Of a stretch of 64,000 nucleotides of DNA, positions 20,093 through 29,890 are shown piece after piece. The notes beneath the pieces are model-generated. The model was not told the DNA's origin. It made no database searches and worked only from the letters and a program-made list of their open reading frames with translations. The translations under genes and the position numbers were made by a program. Position 1 is the stretch's first letter; each line of letters opens with the position of its first letter. The DNA is from an uncultured beta proteobacterium (GTDB lineage: Bacteria; Pseudomonadota; Gammaproteobacteria; Burkholderiales; Burkholderiaceae_F). The stretch spans positions 152,670 to 216,669 of the forward strand of contig CAVWFH010000008.1 of the NCBI GenBank assembly GCA_963754065.1, given 5' to 3'.

Positions 20093-20912
20093 GTGAGCAA
20101 GCCGGATCCGTATTTTCTCGGCTACCGACAGGCCGAGCAGGAACGACTGGAGCAACAATCGCACCAGCTCGCTCACGAATCAGAGTGGCTATTCGAGCAG
20201 ATTGGCGTTCGCGAGGGGTGGCGAGTGGTCGAGATCGGCTGCGGCCCGCGAGGCTGCCTCGATCTTCTCTCCAAGCGCGTCGGTGGCGCGGGAAGGGTAG
20301 TTGGGGTGGAACGAAGTACCGAGCAAGTGGAACGCGCCCGGCACTTCGTCTCCGATCAGCCAGTTGATGAACGTCGAAGTCCTTGATGCGGATGCTCGCG
20401 CCACAGCACTTCCCGAGAAGACGTTCGATCTCGCAACGGCGCGCCTGGTTCTTGTGAATGTGCCGCGACCGGAGGAGATCGTTGCGGAGATGATCCGTCT
20501 CGTGAAGCCTGGCGGCGTCATCGCCCTACATGAGCCGGATTCATCGGCGCAGCGATGCGATCCTCCTCTCGCCGCTCAGACACGTCTCTTGCAGATTCTG
20601 AACACCTATGCGGAGATGAACGGTATTGATCGATCTATCGGTCTCCGAACGCCGCGGCTGCTGCGAGAGTTGGGCCTCCTCGATGTCCGTGTGAACCCTC
20701 TGGTTCACGTGTATCCCCCAGGCCACGCACGTCGCATGCTGTTACTCGAGTTCGTCGAGAACGCGCGGAGTCGAATCTTGGAGAAGGAGCTGATTGAGGA
20801 AGCTGAGCTCGATGAACTCATGGCGGCACTAAGGCAGCACCTGGAGAATCCCTCCACACTGGTCGTCTCCTCGCTCTTCCTTCAGACGTGGGGACGGATG
20901 CCGGAGCGGTAG
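20093..20912 (+). pseudogene. Class I SAM-dependent methyltransferase; frameshifted as sequenced
   Basis: SAM motif I (VVEIGCGPRG) is in ORF 20093-20386. Motifs II/III (FDLATARLVLVNV, LVKPGGVIAL) are in ORF 20301-20912. One fold is split over two frames, with the switch near 20340-20365. Span length is 3n+1. Confidence 0.7.
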
Positions 20913-21349
20913 TCAGCGCCGCCCAGCAATGTGCTGCACTTGAAGCGGCCGAGTGGCGCTGCATCGTGGCGTGATGGCGTCAGGATTTGCTTCGGCCAGT
21001 GCTCAGCGGCCGCTAGGCCGCGCAGGTGAGCACCGAGCCGTTTAACGTCTGCTATCGGCGTCAAATTCGCGTCCGCTTTACGGCGACGCGTATGTCTGCT
21101 CGGGGTCGGGTTGTGCCGATAGGCGACTCCCGACGATAGTCACTCGATTGCCGGTTGCTTTCGGGTGCTGAAAACGCGTCGGCGGTGCGACGAACGCAAT
21201 GTCAGCAGTGGTTTGGTCTCGGTCGATGCAAGCGTCAACCTGGCAGCGGTCAAGGACTTCCGACCTCCGAGTTCTATCTAACCCGCCCGCGCAGCCACCC
21301 AGCCCCGGCAGGGTTACAGTCCGCGCGCCTGCCTCGCTTGATCCGTAGC

Positions 21350-22459
21350 TCACGACAAGTCGACAGCGATCCGGCGTGCCGGGCGATCTCGGTGGGTCGC
21401 GCTTTCGATGGCGAGGTGGCTGAAATCAGTCACGACGTCGGCGCGCTCGAGCGAACCCATGAAGGCATGCACACAGCGAACGCCGTCGGATTCATTCGGA
21501 TCTGCGTCTTTCGCCTTGAGCAATGCGCGTGGGTCGCGAAGACTCCATAGCGCGGCGGCGATCTCGACATATTGGTTCCGGTCGGGAGCCGGCGCAAAGC
21601 TGGCCATGAAGCTCTTTGCAAGATCGAGCGCCAGCATGAAGTTCCCGATCGTCCAGTCCTGGGTCAGAAGCAGCGACGCGCGCCTGACTTTCCCGGCTGG
21701 ATCGCATTCGACTTCCAGCGCGATGTCCTGCTGGAACGCACCGGGTGCAAAGGTTCGTTGTGTACGGTCGCCAGCGGCGCGTTCGTCAAGCTGCTTCAGG
21801 CGAAAGAACTTGACGAACTCGCTGTCCTTCCACGAGTCGTAGCGGATGTCGAAGTCCTGACCCCGCACCCGCGCCCACTGGCTCGGAAAGATGAAGGCGG
21901 CAAACGCGACGCGTTCGAGCTCCTGCGCGGTCACGCTCCAGCGATTTCCTTCGGGCTGGGCATCGACCCCGGCCGGATTGTTTTCCTTCGCGAGCAGCGA
22001 GCGCTCGGGCCACGGGTCGTGATAAATGAAGCGATCGCGCCCACGGTCGTAGGCCGTGATGCGGATGCAGTGCCCGGTCTTTCCGTCATGGTAGGCGAGC
22101 GGTACGTTGACTTCCCCGTTGGCCGCCTGGATCGTCTCGAGCGCCTCGATGATCTGTATTGCCTTGCAGTTCACGAGCCGCGAGATGCGCTTTGTCGAGG
22201 CAGTGGGCAATGGGCGGGCAAGAAGGCAATACGGTTCGATGCCGAAGAGCGTATGGACGAGCCAGATCTGCTCGATCGTCGCACCGCCGCCTTTGGGGTC
22301 GGCGTAGATGCCAGCGTTTTCCGGCAGGACGGCGAACTGCTCATACGCACGCTCGATGAGCCGGGCCCACTCGGGATTGTTGCGACGGGCCTGTTCGAAC
22401 ACCTCGGGCGCTGGAGTGGAAGGCATTCCGCCAAAACGCGGCTCTGCATCGTTGGACAT
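21350..22459 (-). CDS. Hypothetical protein, 369 aa; possible papain-like (C39-like) peptidase fold in the N-terminal half
   Basis: The ATG at 22459 is preceded by GAGGAGGA. A candidate Cys helix start (VNCKAIQIIEAL) is followed by GHCIRITAYDRGRDRFIYHDPWP, resembling the His...Asp-Pro block of C39-like peptidases. The fold call is weak. Divergent from the astacin-CHAT gene. Confidence 0.4.
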   Translation of the reverse strand: MSNDAEPRFGGMPSTPAPEVFEQARRNNPEWARLIERAYEQFAVLPENAGIYADPKGGGATIEQIWLVHTLFGIEPYCLLARPLPTASTKRISRLVNCKAIQIIEALETIQAANGEVNVPLAYHDGKTGHCIRITAYDRGRDRFIYHDPWPERSLLAKENNPAGVDAQPEGNRWSVTAQELERVAFAAFIFPSQWARVRGQDFDIRYDSWKDSEFVKFFRLKQLDERAAGDRTQRTFAPGAFQQDIALEVECDPAGKVRRASLLLTQDWTIGNFMLALDLAKSFMASFAPAPDRNQYVEIAAALWSLRDPRALLKAKDADPNESDGVRCVHAFMGSLERADVVTDFSHLAIESATHRDRPARRIAVDLS

Positions 22460-22670
22460 GACGCACGTCCTCCTCGGTGACCGTTGCTGAAGCGGAAGGG
22501 CGCAGGCGATTGCGCACCCTGCGGCCCCGTCCGGGGCCATTGTGGCAGCGCGTCCCTCCGGCCGGTTGAAAACGCTCTGGTTCTGCGATCGGTCAAGACG
22601 CGGAACTTGGCAGCCTGATCAAAATGGGAACATGATTTGGTGTCGACCACGCCACTGATTCACACTGCTC

Positions 22671-25367
22671 ATGTCCAAGATCGTCTGCAGGCCGAGGGCA
22701 CTCACGCCGACCCAGGCGGCAAAGGTTCTACGTCGCAGCATCGAGATCAATCCGGCCAACGCGGATGAGCAGCGCGTCCTTGCCCGTACACCGGTCGGTC
22801 GGCGCGGCGGGCCCCGGCGCCTCGCGGTCGTGATCGGACACAAGTGGCCCGAGACCGGCGTTCGGCTGACCGTACAGTTCCTCGACAGTCCATCGCGCGA
22901 CCTGCGCGCCCGCATCCTGCTGCACATGAATGCCTGGTCGAAGACCACGAACGTGCAGTTCGTGGAGACCGCAAGCGTAGGGCAGGTGCGCATTGCACGG
23001 CTCGATGAGCCCGACGACATGGCGGGCTACTGGTCGTATGTCGGAACGGAGATCCTCGGGATCGAGGAAGATCAGCCGACCTTCAACCTCGAGGGCTTCA
23101 CGATGCGCACGCCCGAGGCGGAGTTCCGACGCGTGGTGCGGCACGAGGCCGGTCACACGCTGGGATTCGAGCACGAGCACATGCGCGCCGAGCTCATCAA
23201 GAAGATCGACCGGCGCAAGGCCTTCGCGTACTTCGACCGTACCGAAGGCTGGACCGCACAGGAGACCCTCGAGCAGGTCCTGACGCCGCTCGCCAAGTCG
23301 TCGATCATGGGGACGACCGAGTCCGATCCGCACTCGGTCATGTGCTACCAGATCCCCGGCGAAATCACGAAGGACGGCAAGACCATTCCGGGCGGCAAGG
23401 ACATCACCGCCAAGGACTACGCGTTCGCCGCGACCATCTACCCGCGTGCCAGGCCTGCGCGGGACACAACGGCGACCTCGCCTGACAGCGCGACATCGGT
23501 CCCTGCGGTCTGGACGCCACCGGCCCTCGTGACGCTGCCCACCGTCCTGGCGCCGGCCTTGGACGGCGACACCTTCCACATTGTCGTCATGGATCGGTTC
23601 GAGCCCGACGTGGCGGGGTCGGCTGCGGCGGCGAGGCGGCAAAAGTACGCGCGCGTCTTCGCAACCTACGGTGGTGCCCGGGTCACCATTCCGATGCGAC
23701 TCAATACCGACAAGGGCGAAGAGCACACGCGATTCCGCGCGATCATCGACATGCATGAGCGCATCAAGGCGTACACCAACCGGGATACGGGCACGCTGCC
23801 CAACGACGCGCAGCTGATCGCCTTCGGCACGGATCTGTTCGAGACGCTCTTCCAGGGTGACGTGCGGCGCTTGTACGACGAGGCGCGCTCGCGGCAGCAC
23901 GGCCGCAAGCTCGATTTCGTCTTCACGTCGATGGTGTCGTGGATCGCGGAGAAACCCTGGGAGTTCGCCTACGACGCATCACGCCGCAGCTTCCTCGCCA
24001 CCGAAGACATCCACTTCGTCCGCAATGTTCTGACCGCCATTCCCGCCGATGTGATCCCGCCGCGCGCGGGGCCGCTGCGGATCCTGGTGGCGTCGGCCCA
24101 GCCGGCGGGTTTTGGGCGCCTCTCGGTCGAGCAGGAACTCGAAGTCATCCGACGCGGATTCGATCCGCTGATTGACGCGGGGCTGGCCGAGGTCGAGGTG
24201 CTGCCCCGCGCCACGCCGAGCAGCATCCACGCACGGCTGTCCACGGGCAGCTTCACCATCGTGCACTTCATCGGCCATGGCGTGTTCAACGACAGGACGC
24301 AGGAAGGCTCGCTGGTGTTCGAAGATGCCTCCGGCGGCGAGTACCTGCTCGGCGAACGCTCGGTGCGCGAGATCTTTTGCCAGCGTGGGGTCACGCTGGT
24401 GTTCCTGAACGCGTGCCAGACGGGCTCCGGCGGTCGCGCCGACTTCAACAAGGGCGTGGCGCAGTCGCTCGTGGCGCATGGCCTGCCGGCGCTGGTCGCC
24501 AACCAGTACAGCGTGCTGGATTCGTCGGCCACCCAGTTTGCACAGCACTTCTACTGGGCGCTGGCACAGGGAATGACGATCGGGCAGGCGTCCCGCGAAG
24601 CACGCATTGCTGTCAACTACTCGCTGCAGGGCGAGATGATCGACTGGGCGGTTCCGGTCGTGTACGCCCGCAATCCGAACATGACGCTGTCGGCTCGACC
24701 GCGGGGGCTCACCGAACCCGCTTCGACCCAGGTGCGCGCGAAGAGCCGCCGCACCCTCATGCCCCGGTCGGTCGAGGTCGGGGTCTGGGACATCGACAAC
24801 GTCTTCCCGTCTCTGAAGGACACGCTGGCACGCCTGACGGGGGCGCAGGAGCAATTCGGTTTCGATCTGGTGGATCTCTCGGCCCCGATCGATGCGTGGG
24901 ACCTTGAGCAGAGGGCCGACGACGGCACGCCGTATCTGTGGGCGGAAAAACTCGCGAAGCGGCTGGGCCGCGTGCCGCTGGAACTCCACGTGAACGTTCT
25001 GGCCTGTGTCACGCGGCACTGGATGCGCGATGACGAGACCCTCAATATCTACGGCTGGTGGCCGGAAAAGGGCGAGGGGCCCGTGGTGATCTTCTCGGTG
25101 GCCGGCTTCGATGAGCTGCCGCCGGCAGGCCCTGAAACCGACCGCGCGATTGCGAACGTGCTGGTGTCCGGCCTGGCCGGCTATCTCGGCGGGATTGACG
25201 CGCATGAGCGTGGCGCGAAGGATTGTCCGATGGCCGCCAATGACGCGCGTGACCTGAAGCACATAGTGGGGCGGCAGCTGTTCGACCGCAGTTGCCGGGC
25301 GAAGCTGGCCAAGGTGATCCCGGACAAGCTGCCGGCTCTCGACGCATTGCTGAAGGTCTTCCGCTGA
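22671..25367 (+). CDS. Astacin-like metzincin fused to a CHAT (caspase-like) protease domain, 898 aa
   Basis: Extended zinc motif HEAGHTLGFEHEH with Met-turn SVMCY (astacin/M12A style) near 23141-23330. Canonical CHAT dyad HFIGHG (about 24264-24282) and FLNACQTG (about 24409-24425). A further ~230-aa C-terminal region is unassigned. No signal peptide. Confidence 0.85.
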   Translation: MSKIVCRPRALTPTQAAKVLRRSIEINPANADEQRVLARTPVGRRGGPRRLAVVIGHKWPETGVRLTVQFLDSPSRDLRARILLHMNAWSKTTNVQFVETASVGQVRIARLDEPDDMAGYWSYVGTEILGIEEDQPTFNLEGFTMRTPEAEFRRVVRHEAGHTLGFEHEHMRAELIKKIDRRKAFAYFDRTEGWTAQETLEQVLTPLAKSSIMGTTESDPHSVMCYQIPGEITKDGKTIPGGKDITAKDYAFAATIYPRARPARDTTATSPDSATSVPAVWTPPALVTLPTVLAPALDGDTFHIVVMDRFEPDVAGSAAAARRQKYARVFATYGGARVTIPMRLNTDKGEEHTRFRAIIDMHERIKAYTNRDTGTLPNDAQLIAFGTDLFETLFQGDVRRLYDEARSRQHGRKLDFVFTSMVSWIAEKPWEFAYDASRRSFLATEDIHFVRNVLTAIPADVIPPRAGPLRILVASAQPAGFGRLSVEQELEVIRRGFDPLIDAGLAEVEVLPRATPSSIHARLSTGSFTIVHFIGHGVFNDRTQEGSLVFEDASGGEYLLGERSVREIFCQRGVTLVFLNACQTGSGGRADFNKGVAQSLVAHGLPALVANQYSVLDSSATQFAQHFYWALAQGMTIGQASREARIAVNYSLQGEMIDWAVPVVYARNPNMTLSARPRGLTEPASTQVRAKSRRTLMPRSVEVGVWDIDNVFPSLKDTLARLTGAQEQFGFDLVDLSAPIDAWDLEQRADDGTPYLWAEKLAKRLGRVPLELHVNVLACVTRHWMRDDETLNIYGWWPEKGEGPVVIFSVAGFDELPPAGPETDRAIANVLVSGLAGYLGGIDAHERGAKDCPMAANDARDLKHIVGRQLFDRSCRAKLAKVIPDKLPALDALLKVFR

Positions 25368-25383
25368 AAGCGAGGTAATGCAC

Positions 25384-26559
25384 ATGGCAACGAAATCACG
25401 ATCGAAATCCAAGGCAAGTCCCAAGGCAAGGACCAAAGCGAGGCCGATGACCAAGCCGAAAGCGAAACCGGTCGCGAAGGCAAAGGCCCGAGGCAAGCTG
25501 CCAGCAAAGCCCGCCGCGGTGCCGCGCAAGGCGTTGGCCGTCGGCGGTCCTGTCACGCTCGAAGAGGCCCGCGCACTGTCGCGCGCGCGGCAGCCGAAGC
25601 GTGCGCTGCGGCGCGCCGTAGCCGGACCTCCCGCGACCCCGGCGAGCGTCGGGGCCGAACGCGAACGCCTCGAGCAGGAACGTCGTGCCGAACGTGCGCG
25701 CCGGATGCGCGAATACACGGAGACGATGGAAATCATGAAGCGGCGCGGAGCCCGACGGTCGGGTCCGAAGCGCGCGGCGACCGGTCGGCGCCGCGCGCCG
25801 AGCGCCGCCGCATCGTTCCAGCCGCTGCAGGTGTTCGCAGAAGGCGATTCGTGGTTCGACTATCCGCCGTTTCTCATCAAGGGCGGCGTCATTCCGCGGC
25901 TCGAGAGCCGCCTCGGCGTTCCGATCCTGAACATGGCGAAAGCCGGCGACGAGGTGCGTTTCATGCTCGGAGTCGAACAGCGCATTCGTCTGGCCGAGTG
26001 CCTGACGGAGGGCTGCCCGGCCGGCGGACCGTGGGACGCGCTGCTGTTCTCCGGCGGTGGCAATGACATTGTCGACAACCCGATGGCGCTGTGGGTGCGC
26101 GACTGGAATCCGGCCGTCCCGCCGGCAACGCTCATCAATCAACCGCGTTTCGATGTGGCGCTGGCGCTGGTGCGTGCCGGCTACGAAGACCTCATTACCC
26201 TGCGGGATCAGTTGAGTCCCGGCACCCACCTCGTGTTCCACGGCTACGACTTCGCGATCCCCGATGGCCGCGGCATCTGCCATCTGGGTCCTTGGCTGAA
26301 GCCGACCTTCGACCTGAGAGGTTTTCCGACGCGCGCCTCCGCGTTCGCGGTGGTGGAAGCGATGCTGAAGCAGTTTGCAGCGATGCTGACGACGCTGACC
26401 GCGCACCCGAAGGTGACCTTCATCAACGGCCAGGGAACCCTCGCGCCGCAGCCGAGCGCCTGGCACAACGAGCTCCATCCGAACAAGGACGGATTCGAGA
26501 AGTTTGCGGACCTCTTTCACCAGGAGCTGCGCGCGATATTCCCCGGTCGCGTGCTCTAG
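25384..26559 (+). CDS. SGNH/GDSL-type hydrolase (esterase/lipase) with a ~60-aa Lys/Ala/Pro-rich N-terminal tail
   Basis: SGNH blocks are present: I AEGDSWFDY, III FSGGGNDIV, V NELHPN. N-terminus is MATKSRSKSKASPKARTKARPMTKPKAKPVAKAKARGKLPAKP. Starts 17 nt after the astacin-CHAT stop, with GAGG 8 nt upstream of the ATG at 25384. Confidence 0.85.
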   Translation: MATKSRSKSKASPKARTKARPMTKPKAKPVAKAKARGKLPAKPAAVPRKALAVGGPVTLEEARALSRARQPKRALRRAVAGPPATPASVGAERERLEQERRAERARRMREYTETMEIMKRRGARRSGPKRAATGRRRAPSAAASFQPLQVFAEGDSWFDYPPFLIKGGVIPRLESRLGVPILNMAKAGDEVRFMLGVEQRIRLAECLTEGCPAGGPWDALLFSGGGNDIVDNPMALWVRDWNPAVPPATLINQPRFDVALALVRAGYEDLITLRDQLSPGTHLVFHGYDFAIPDGRGICHLGPWLKPTFDLRGFPTRASAFAVVEAMLKQFAAMLTTLTAHPKVTFINGQGTLAPQPSAWHNELHPNKDGFEKFADLFHQELRAIFPGRVL

Positions 26560-26595
26560 CGGCCGTTGCAGAGGTCAAGGCACGCGTTGAGGCGG

Positions 26596-28053
26596 TTACC
26601 GTGACCCCAGCTTCAGGTCGGCGATGAACTTCGGCGCGTCGGACTCGAGCTTGGCGATGACCTCGTTGCGGCGGCGTGCATAGAAGTCGGAGTTGAGCGT
26701 CATGCGCTGGGCTGCGGTCCAGAAGTTCACCTGCTGCGCGCCCCACTTGAAGAAGAGAAACCGCTTCCGTTCGTCGACGCTGCGGAAGTAGAACGCCCCG
26801 GCCGCCATGGTGAGGGCACCGTTGGCCGTACGCTGCACGGCGCCCAGCTGGAAGTTGCCGCTGCCTTCCATCGAGGAGTGGAAGTCGAAGAGTTGAATCG
26901 TGCCGTCGTCTTCCGCCAGCTTGGAAAGCGCCGCCACGGATTCCTGCAGCACCGCCAGCTGGTTCTGCGTGGCGATGGCCGTAATGATCGCCAGTGCCGC
27001 CTGGTCCATGCGGAACTCGCCCTCGGTCTGGTCAAAGCGGGTGAACGCAAACTGCTCGGTCGCCCAGCCCAGGTTCTCCAGGATCTCGACGTACTTCTGA
27101 TACCAGAACTGCGATTGCGTGAAGCGGTCGAAGGCACCACTCGCCCCGCGCTGCGCCAGCTGGATGGAATAGAGGACGTCGTTCTTTTCCTGTTCGCTGA
27201 CGCCTTCGACGAAGGACATCAGGCTGCCGACATTCACCTTCGCGTCGTAGGCGGGAGCCAGTCCCGCAGCGCGTCGGCGCATCGGTGCCACCTTCCTGGC
27301 GCGCGCCTTTCGACGCGAGGGAGCAGGGCTCGGTGCAGCCACGGCGGGCGGCAACGACAGGTCCCTTATGTAGGCGCCAACGCCCAGCGGCACGACGCCG
27401 TGATCCGGCATCGTTGACTCGGGGGCTCGCCTCGGTCCCTTGCCGCGTTGCATCCTCGAGGGCAGCGCGGGCGGTTCCGGTGCGATCAGGCGACCGGCCG
27501 TGTCGAACGTCGCCTCCAGGAGGAACGCCACCTCAGGTTGTGTGTAAGCGGGGTCCCAATGCGAGTTTTCCGGAACGTGGCAGTGACCGTAGTGTCCGCT
27601 CTCGCTGTCCCAGATCCCGGGGTCCCGGTTGTGCCCGCCCGGATCGCGGCCATTGCGTGCAGGCCGGGGCAGGCCAGCGGGCCACGTCCGCGGAACACCG
27701 TGCGTGGCTTCGATCCAGCGGCACAGGCGCGCCAGATTCGTGAGCGCGCGTCGATCCTTCGGCAGGTGCGCGAAGCCCACGAGTTCGATCTGCACCGCGG
27801 AATCGCGGTTGGTCTGCACACCGCCCGCTTCATTGCGCAGAGCTCGTGCGCCTTCCGACGTATCGATGTGCTGGAAAATGTTCGTCGCATCCACGGTGAA
27901 GTGAGGATCCGAACGGTTCGAGCGAAACGCGTTCATCGCGCCTTCGGCAGAGCTCCCCTCGGTCGTGTGATGGACGATCTTGAAGGGGCCGCCAAGGTTG
28001 GGACCGCATGATCCCGAAATGGGACGCCACGTCGCAAATGGACATCGTGCCAC
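26596..28053 (-). CDS. N-acetylmuramoyl-L-alanine amidase (Amidase_2/PGRP fold) fused to an unrecognised ~250-aa C-terminal domain
   Basis: N-terminal CPFATWRPISG...FKIVHHTTEGSS...DPHFTVD...FQHID...VQIELVGFA matches the Amidase_2 pattern. GTG at 28053 chosen because GGAGG lies 5 nt upstream. No signal peptide. A basic linker (SRRKARARKVAPMRRRAAG) is followed by a domain I cannot assign. Confidence 0.75.
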   Translation of the reverse strand: MARCPFATWRPISGSCGPNLGGPFKIVHHTTEGSSAEGAMNAFRSNRSDPHFTVDATNIFQHIDTSEGARALRNEAGGVQTNRDSAVQIELVGFAHLPKDRRALTNLARLCRWIEATHGVPRTWPAGLPRPARNGRDPGGHNRDPGIWDSESGHYGHCHVPENSHWDPAYTQPEVAFLLEATFDTAGRLIAPEPPALPSRMQRGKGPRRAPESTMPDHGVVPLGVGAYIRDLSLPPAVAAPSPAPSRRKARARKVAPMRRRAAGLAPAYDAKVNVGSLMSFVEGVSEQEKNDVLYSIQLAQRGASGAFDRFTQSQFWYQKYVEILENLGWATEQFAFTRFDQTEGEFRMDQAALAIITAIATQNQLAVLQESVAALSKLAEDDGTIQLFDFHSSMEGSGNFQLGAVQRTANGALTMAAGAFYFRSVDERKRFLFFKWGAQQVNFWTAAQRMTLNSDFYARRRNEVIAKLESDAPKFIADLKLGSR

Positions 28054-28277
28054 TTTGACCTCCAGGGATTGGGACGGAGACGGCTGAGACGAGGAGTGTA
28101 TGCGCCTGCCGCTCGGTGCGCGGAAAGCGCATCGCGCGCTCCGGTCGGGATCGCACAGCATCGCGTACCGGTCCATCCATCCGCTGCCACTGCCATATCG
28201 GCGCCGTTCAGGCATCCTCTGCCTGCGGTGCCGTCCGGCCGCGCAGCCCATCCGTCCTGGCTATGTCCTGAGGTCCG

Positions 28278-28866
28278 ATGCGCGTACTGCTGTTCAGTGG
28301 CCACATGGTCGACCGACCCGATCGCAGGCTGCCGCGGTTTCCGGCGAGCCGGGTCGCGGCGGCGGGGCGTGCCATCGAATGCCGAACTCGACAGGCTCGG
28401 TGTCGGGACAGAGGATCGGGCAGTGACCAGCGGAGCAAGTGGTGGCGATCTGCTGTTTGCACTGGGCTGTCTGGCCCGTGGCGCCGCCATCGAGGTCTAC
28501 CTGCCGTTTGCGCGAGACCGCTTCGTGCAGTCATCGGTGTTGCCCGGCGGTGCTCATTGGCTGCCGATGCTGGACGAAGTGCTGGCGCACCCGCTGACCG
28601 TGCTGCACGTGATGCCACCGGCTGACGACGACGCGGAGGATGGCAACGCCTTCGCACGTTGCAACCTGGCGATGCTGCAGCGTGCGCTGAAACTGGCCCG
28701 CGGGCCGATCGACCTGGTTTGCCTGTGGGACGGCAGCGTCGGTGACGGGCCAGGCGGTACGGAGCACATGGTCAGCTCCGTGCGCGCGCGAGGAGGGCGC
28801 GTGCACTGGATCGACATCCGGACGCTGCCGGACTCAACCGACGTGCGGCTCCCCGGCCAGGTATGA
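28278..28866 (+). pseudogene. Small Rossmann-like protein, possibly SLOG/LOG-like nucleotide-binding; frameshifted as sequenced
   Basis: MRVLLFSGHMVDRPDRRLPRFPASRVAAAGRAIE (frame of 28278) continues sensibly only in the 28069 frame (AELDRLGVGTEDRAVTSGASGGDLLFAL...LWDGSVGDGPGGTEHMV). The switch is near 28370-28385. The Gly-rich GASGGD and GxGGT blocks suggest a LOG/SLOG-type fold; this assignment is an inference. Confidence 0.45.
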
Positions 28867-29890
28867 GGCAGTGAACTCGGTCAGTCCGTGGCGGCCGCCG
28901 TTGACGTAGCGGCGCGCCAGCGCGAAGTCGCGGTCCAGCAGCGCCTGCTTGATCTTCAGTTCGCGATCCTTCAGGAAGCGCGCCAGCACGCGCGCCGCGA
29001 CCAGCGGTTCGTTGGCCCGTTCCGGTTCGCGCACCAGCAGTTCACCGAGTCCGAGCGCGCGCCCGATCTGTTCGTAGTTCGCGCGGCCCGTCAACTGCAC
29101 GAAACCACGACCCTTGTAGGCGGCGCCGTCATGCGGGCCTCGGTTGCCGAGGTCGCGCCGGTGGTCGTACAGGTCAAAAAACGGCGAGCGCGCGTTCGGT
29201 GACGTGTTGTAGCGCGAGCGGTACTCGTCGAGCGGAGTGAAGCGGCCGGTTTCTGCGCAGATCGTCGCCACGGCCATCAGCAGCATCGACTTGTCGACGA
29301 GTCCGAGCTCGGTCATGGCCTCGATCACCGCGGGCAGGTAGGACTTGATATTGCCGAGCGGAGCGCCCGGGCACATGGCTGAAACGACCTGCACCGTCAG
29401 TTCCCCGGTGGACGACGGCAGGCGGTCGTCGTCCATCAGCCCGAGCGCGGTCAGCGTCCGCGGGCCGGCGACGCCGTCTGGCAGCAGGCTCTCGCTCATC
29501 TGGAAGGCGATGACCGCGGCCTCGGTGCCTTGTCCGAATTCGCCGTCGATGGTGCCGCACTTGAACCCCTTCTCCGACAGGCGGCGCTGCAGGCGCGCGA
29601 CGGCGTCGCCCGTGGCGCCGAGCCGCAGGGTGGTGAACGCCGCCAGCGGTGCGCGTGTCGCGGCACGGGGCGCGCGACGCCCGGTCGGGCGGGGTGCCGG
29701 AGGCAGTCCTTTCGGGAGCGTGTGCGGCGCGCCGACGTCGAGGCGCCGGTGTCGCCACTACGGGCGATTTCGATGCGGTCCTGCGGGCTTTCGATGGCTT
29801 GCGTGGACTGGCAATGCGCTGCTTCTTCGCGCGCGAGATAACGCCGCGCCGGGTCCGTTCACTCCTGCTTCGCTTCTTTGCTGTGGCCAT
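28834..29890 (-). pseudogene. Peptidoglycan-binding domain + GH19-like muramidase/chitinase-fold lysin, with an Arg/Lys-rich N-terminal tail; frameshifted as sequenced
   Basis: GH19 signature YKGRGFVQLTGRANYEQIG. My own translation upstream of the annotated Met (29499) gives a complete PG_binding_1 domain (GDAVARLQRRLSEKGFKCGTIDGEFGQGTEAAVIAFQMSESLLPDGVAGPRTLTALGL). That frame has no ATG/GTG/TTG before its stop at 29758-29760. The only start is the ATG at 29890 in another frame (MATAKKRSRSERTRRGVISRAKKQRIASPRKPSKARR). The switch lies somewhere in 29650-29757. Confidence 0.7.

Noticed and set aside
24790-25367. C-terminal ~190 aa of the astacin-CHAT protein as an archaemetzincin (M54)-like domain.
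   Set aside because: Only a loose DCPM...(20 aa)...C spacing resemblance exists, and the HExxH is missing. This is too weak to call without a profile search. It is mentioned only as a lead.
25384-25560. K/A/P-rich repeat region as a separate histone-H1/AlgP-like DNA-binding gene.
   Set aside because: It is in frame with and contiguous to the SGNH catalytic domain, with no internal stop or restart signal, so it is treated as an N-terminal tail of that protein.
26596-27350. C-terminal domain of the amidase protein as a gasdermin-like pore-forming module.
   Set aside because: The size is similar, but nothing in the sequence resembles bacterial gasdermin N-termini, and it is fused C-terminally to an enzyme. 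There is no supporting evidence.
29174-29890. 238-aa Arg-rich ORF, considered as an independent gene overlapping the lysin.
   Set aside because: Only about the first 45 codons look like a real polybasic leader. The rest is junk overlapping the clear PG_binding_1/GH19 frame. It is best explained as the true start of the lysin, separated from it by a frameshift.
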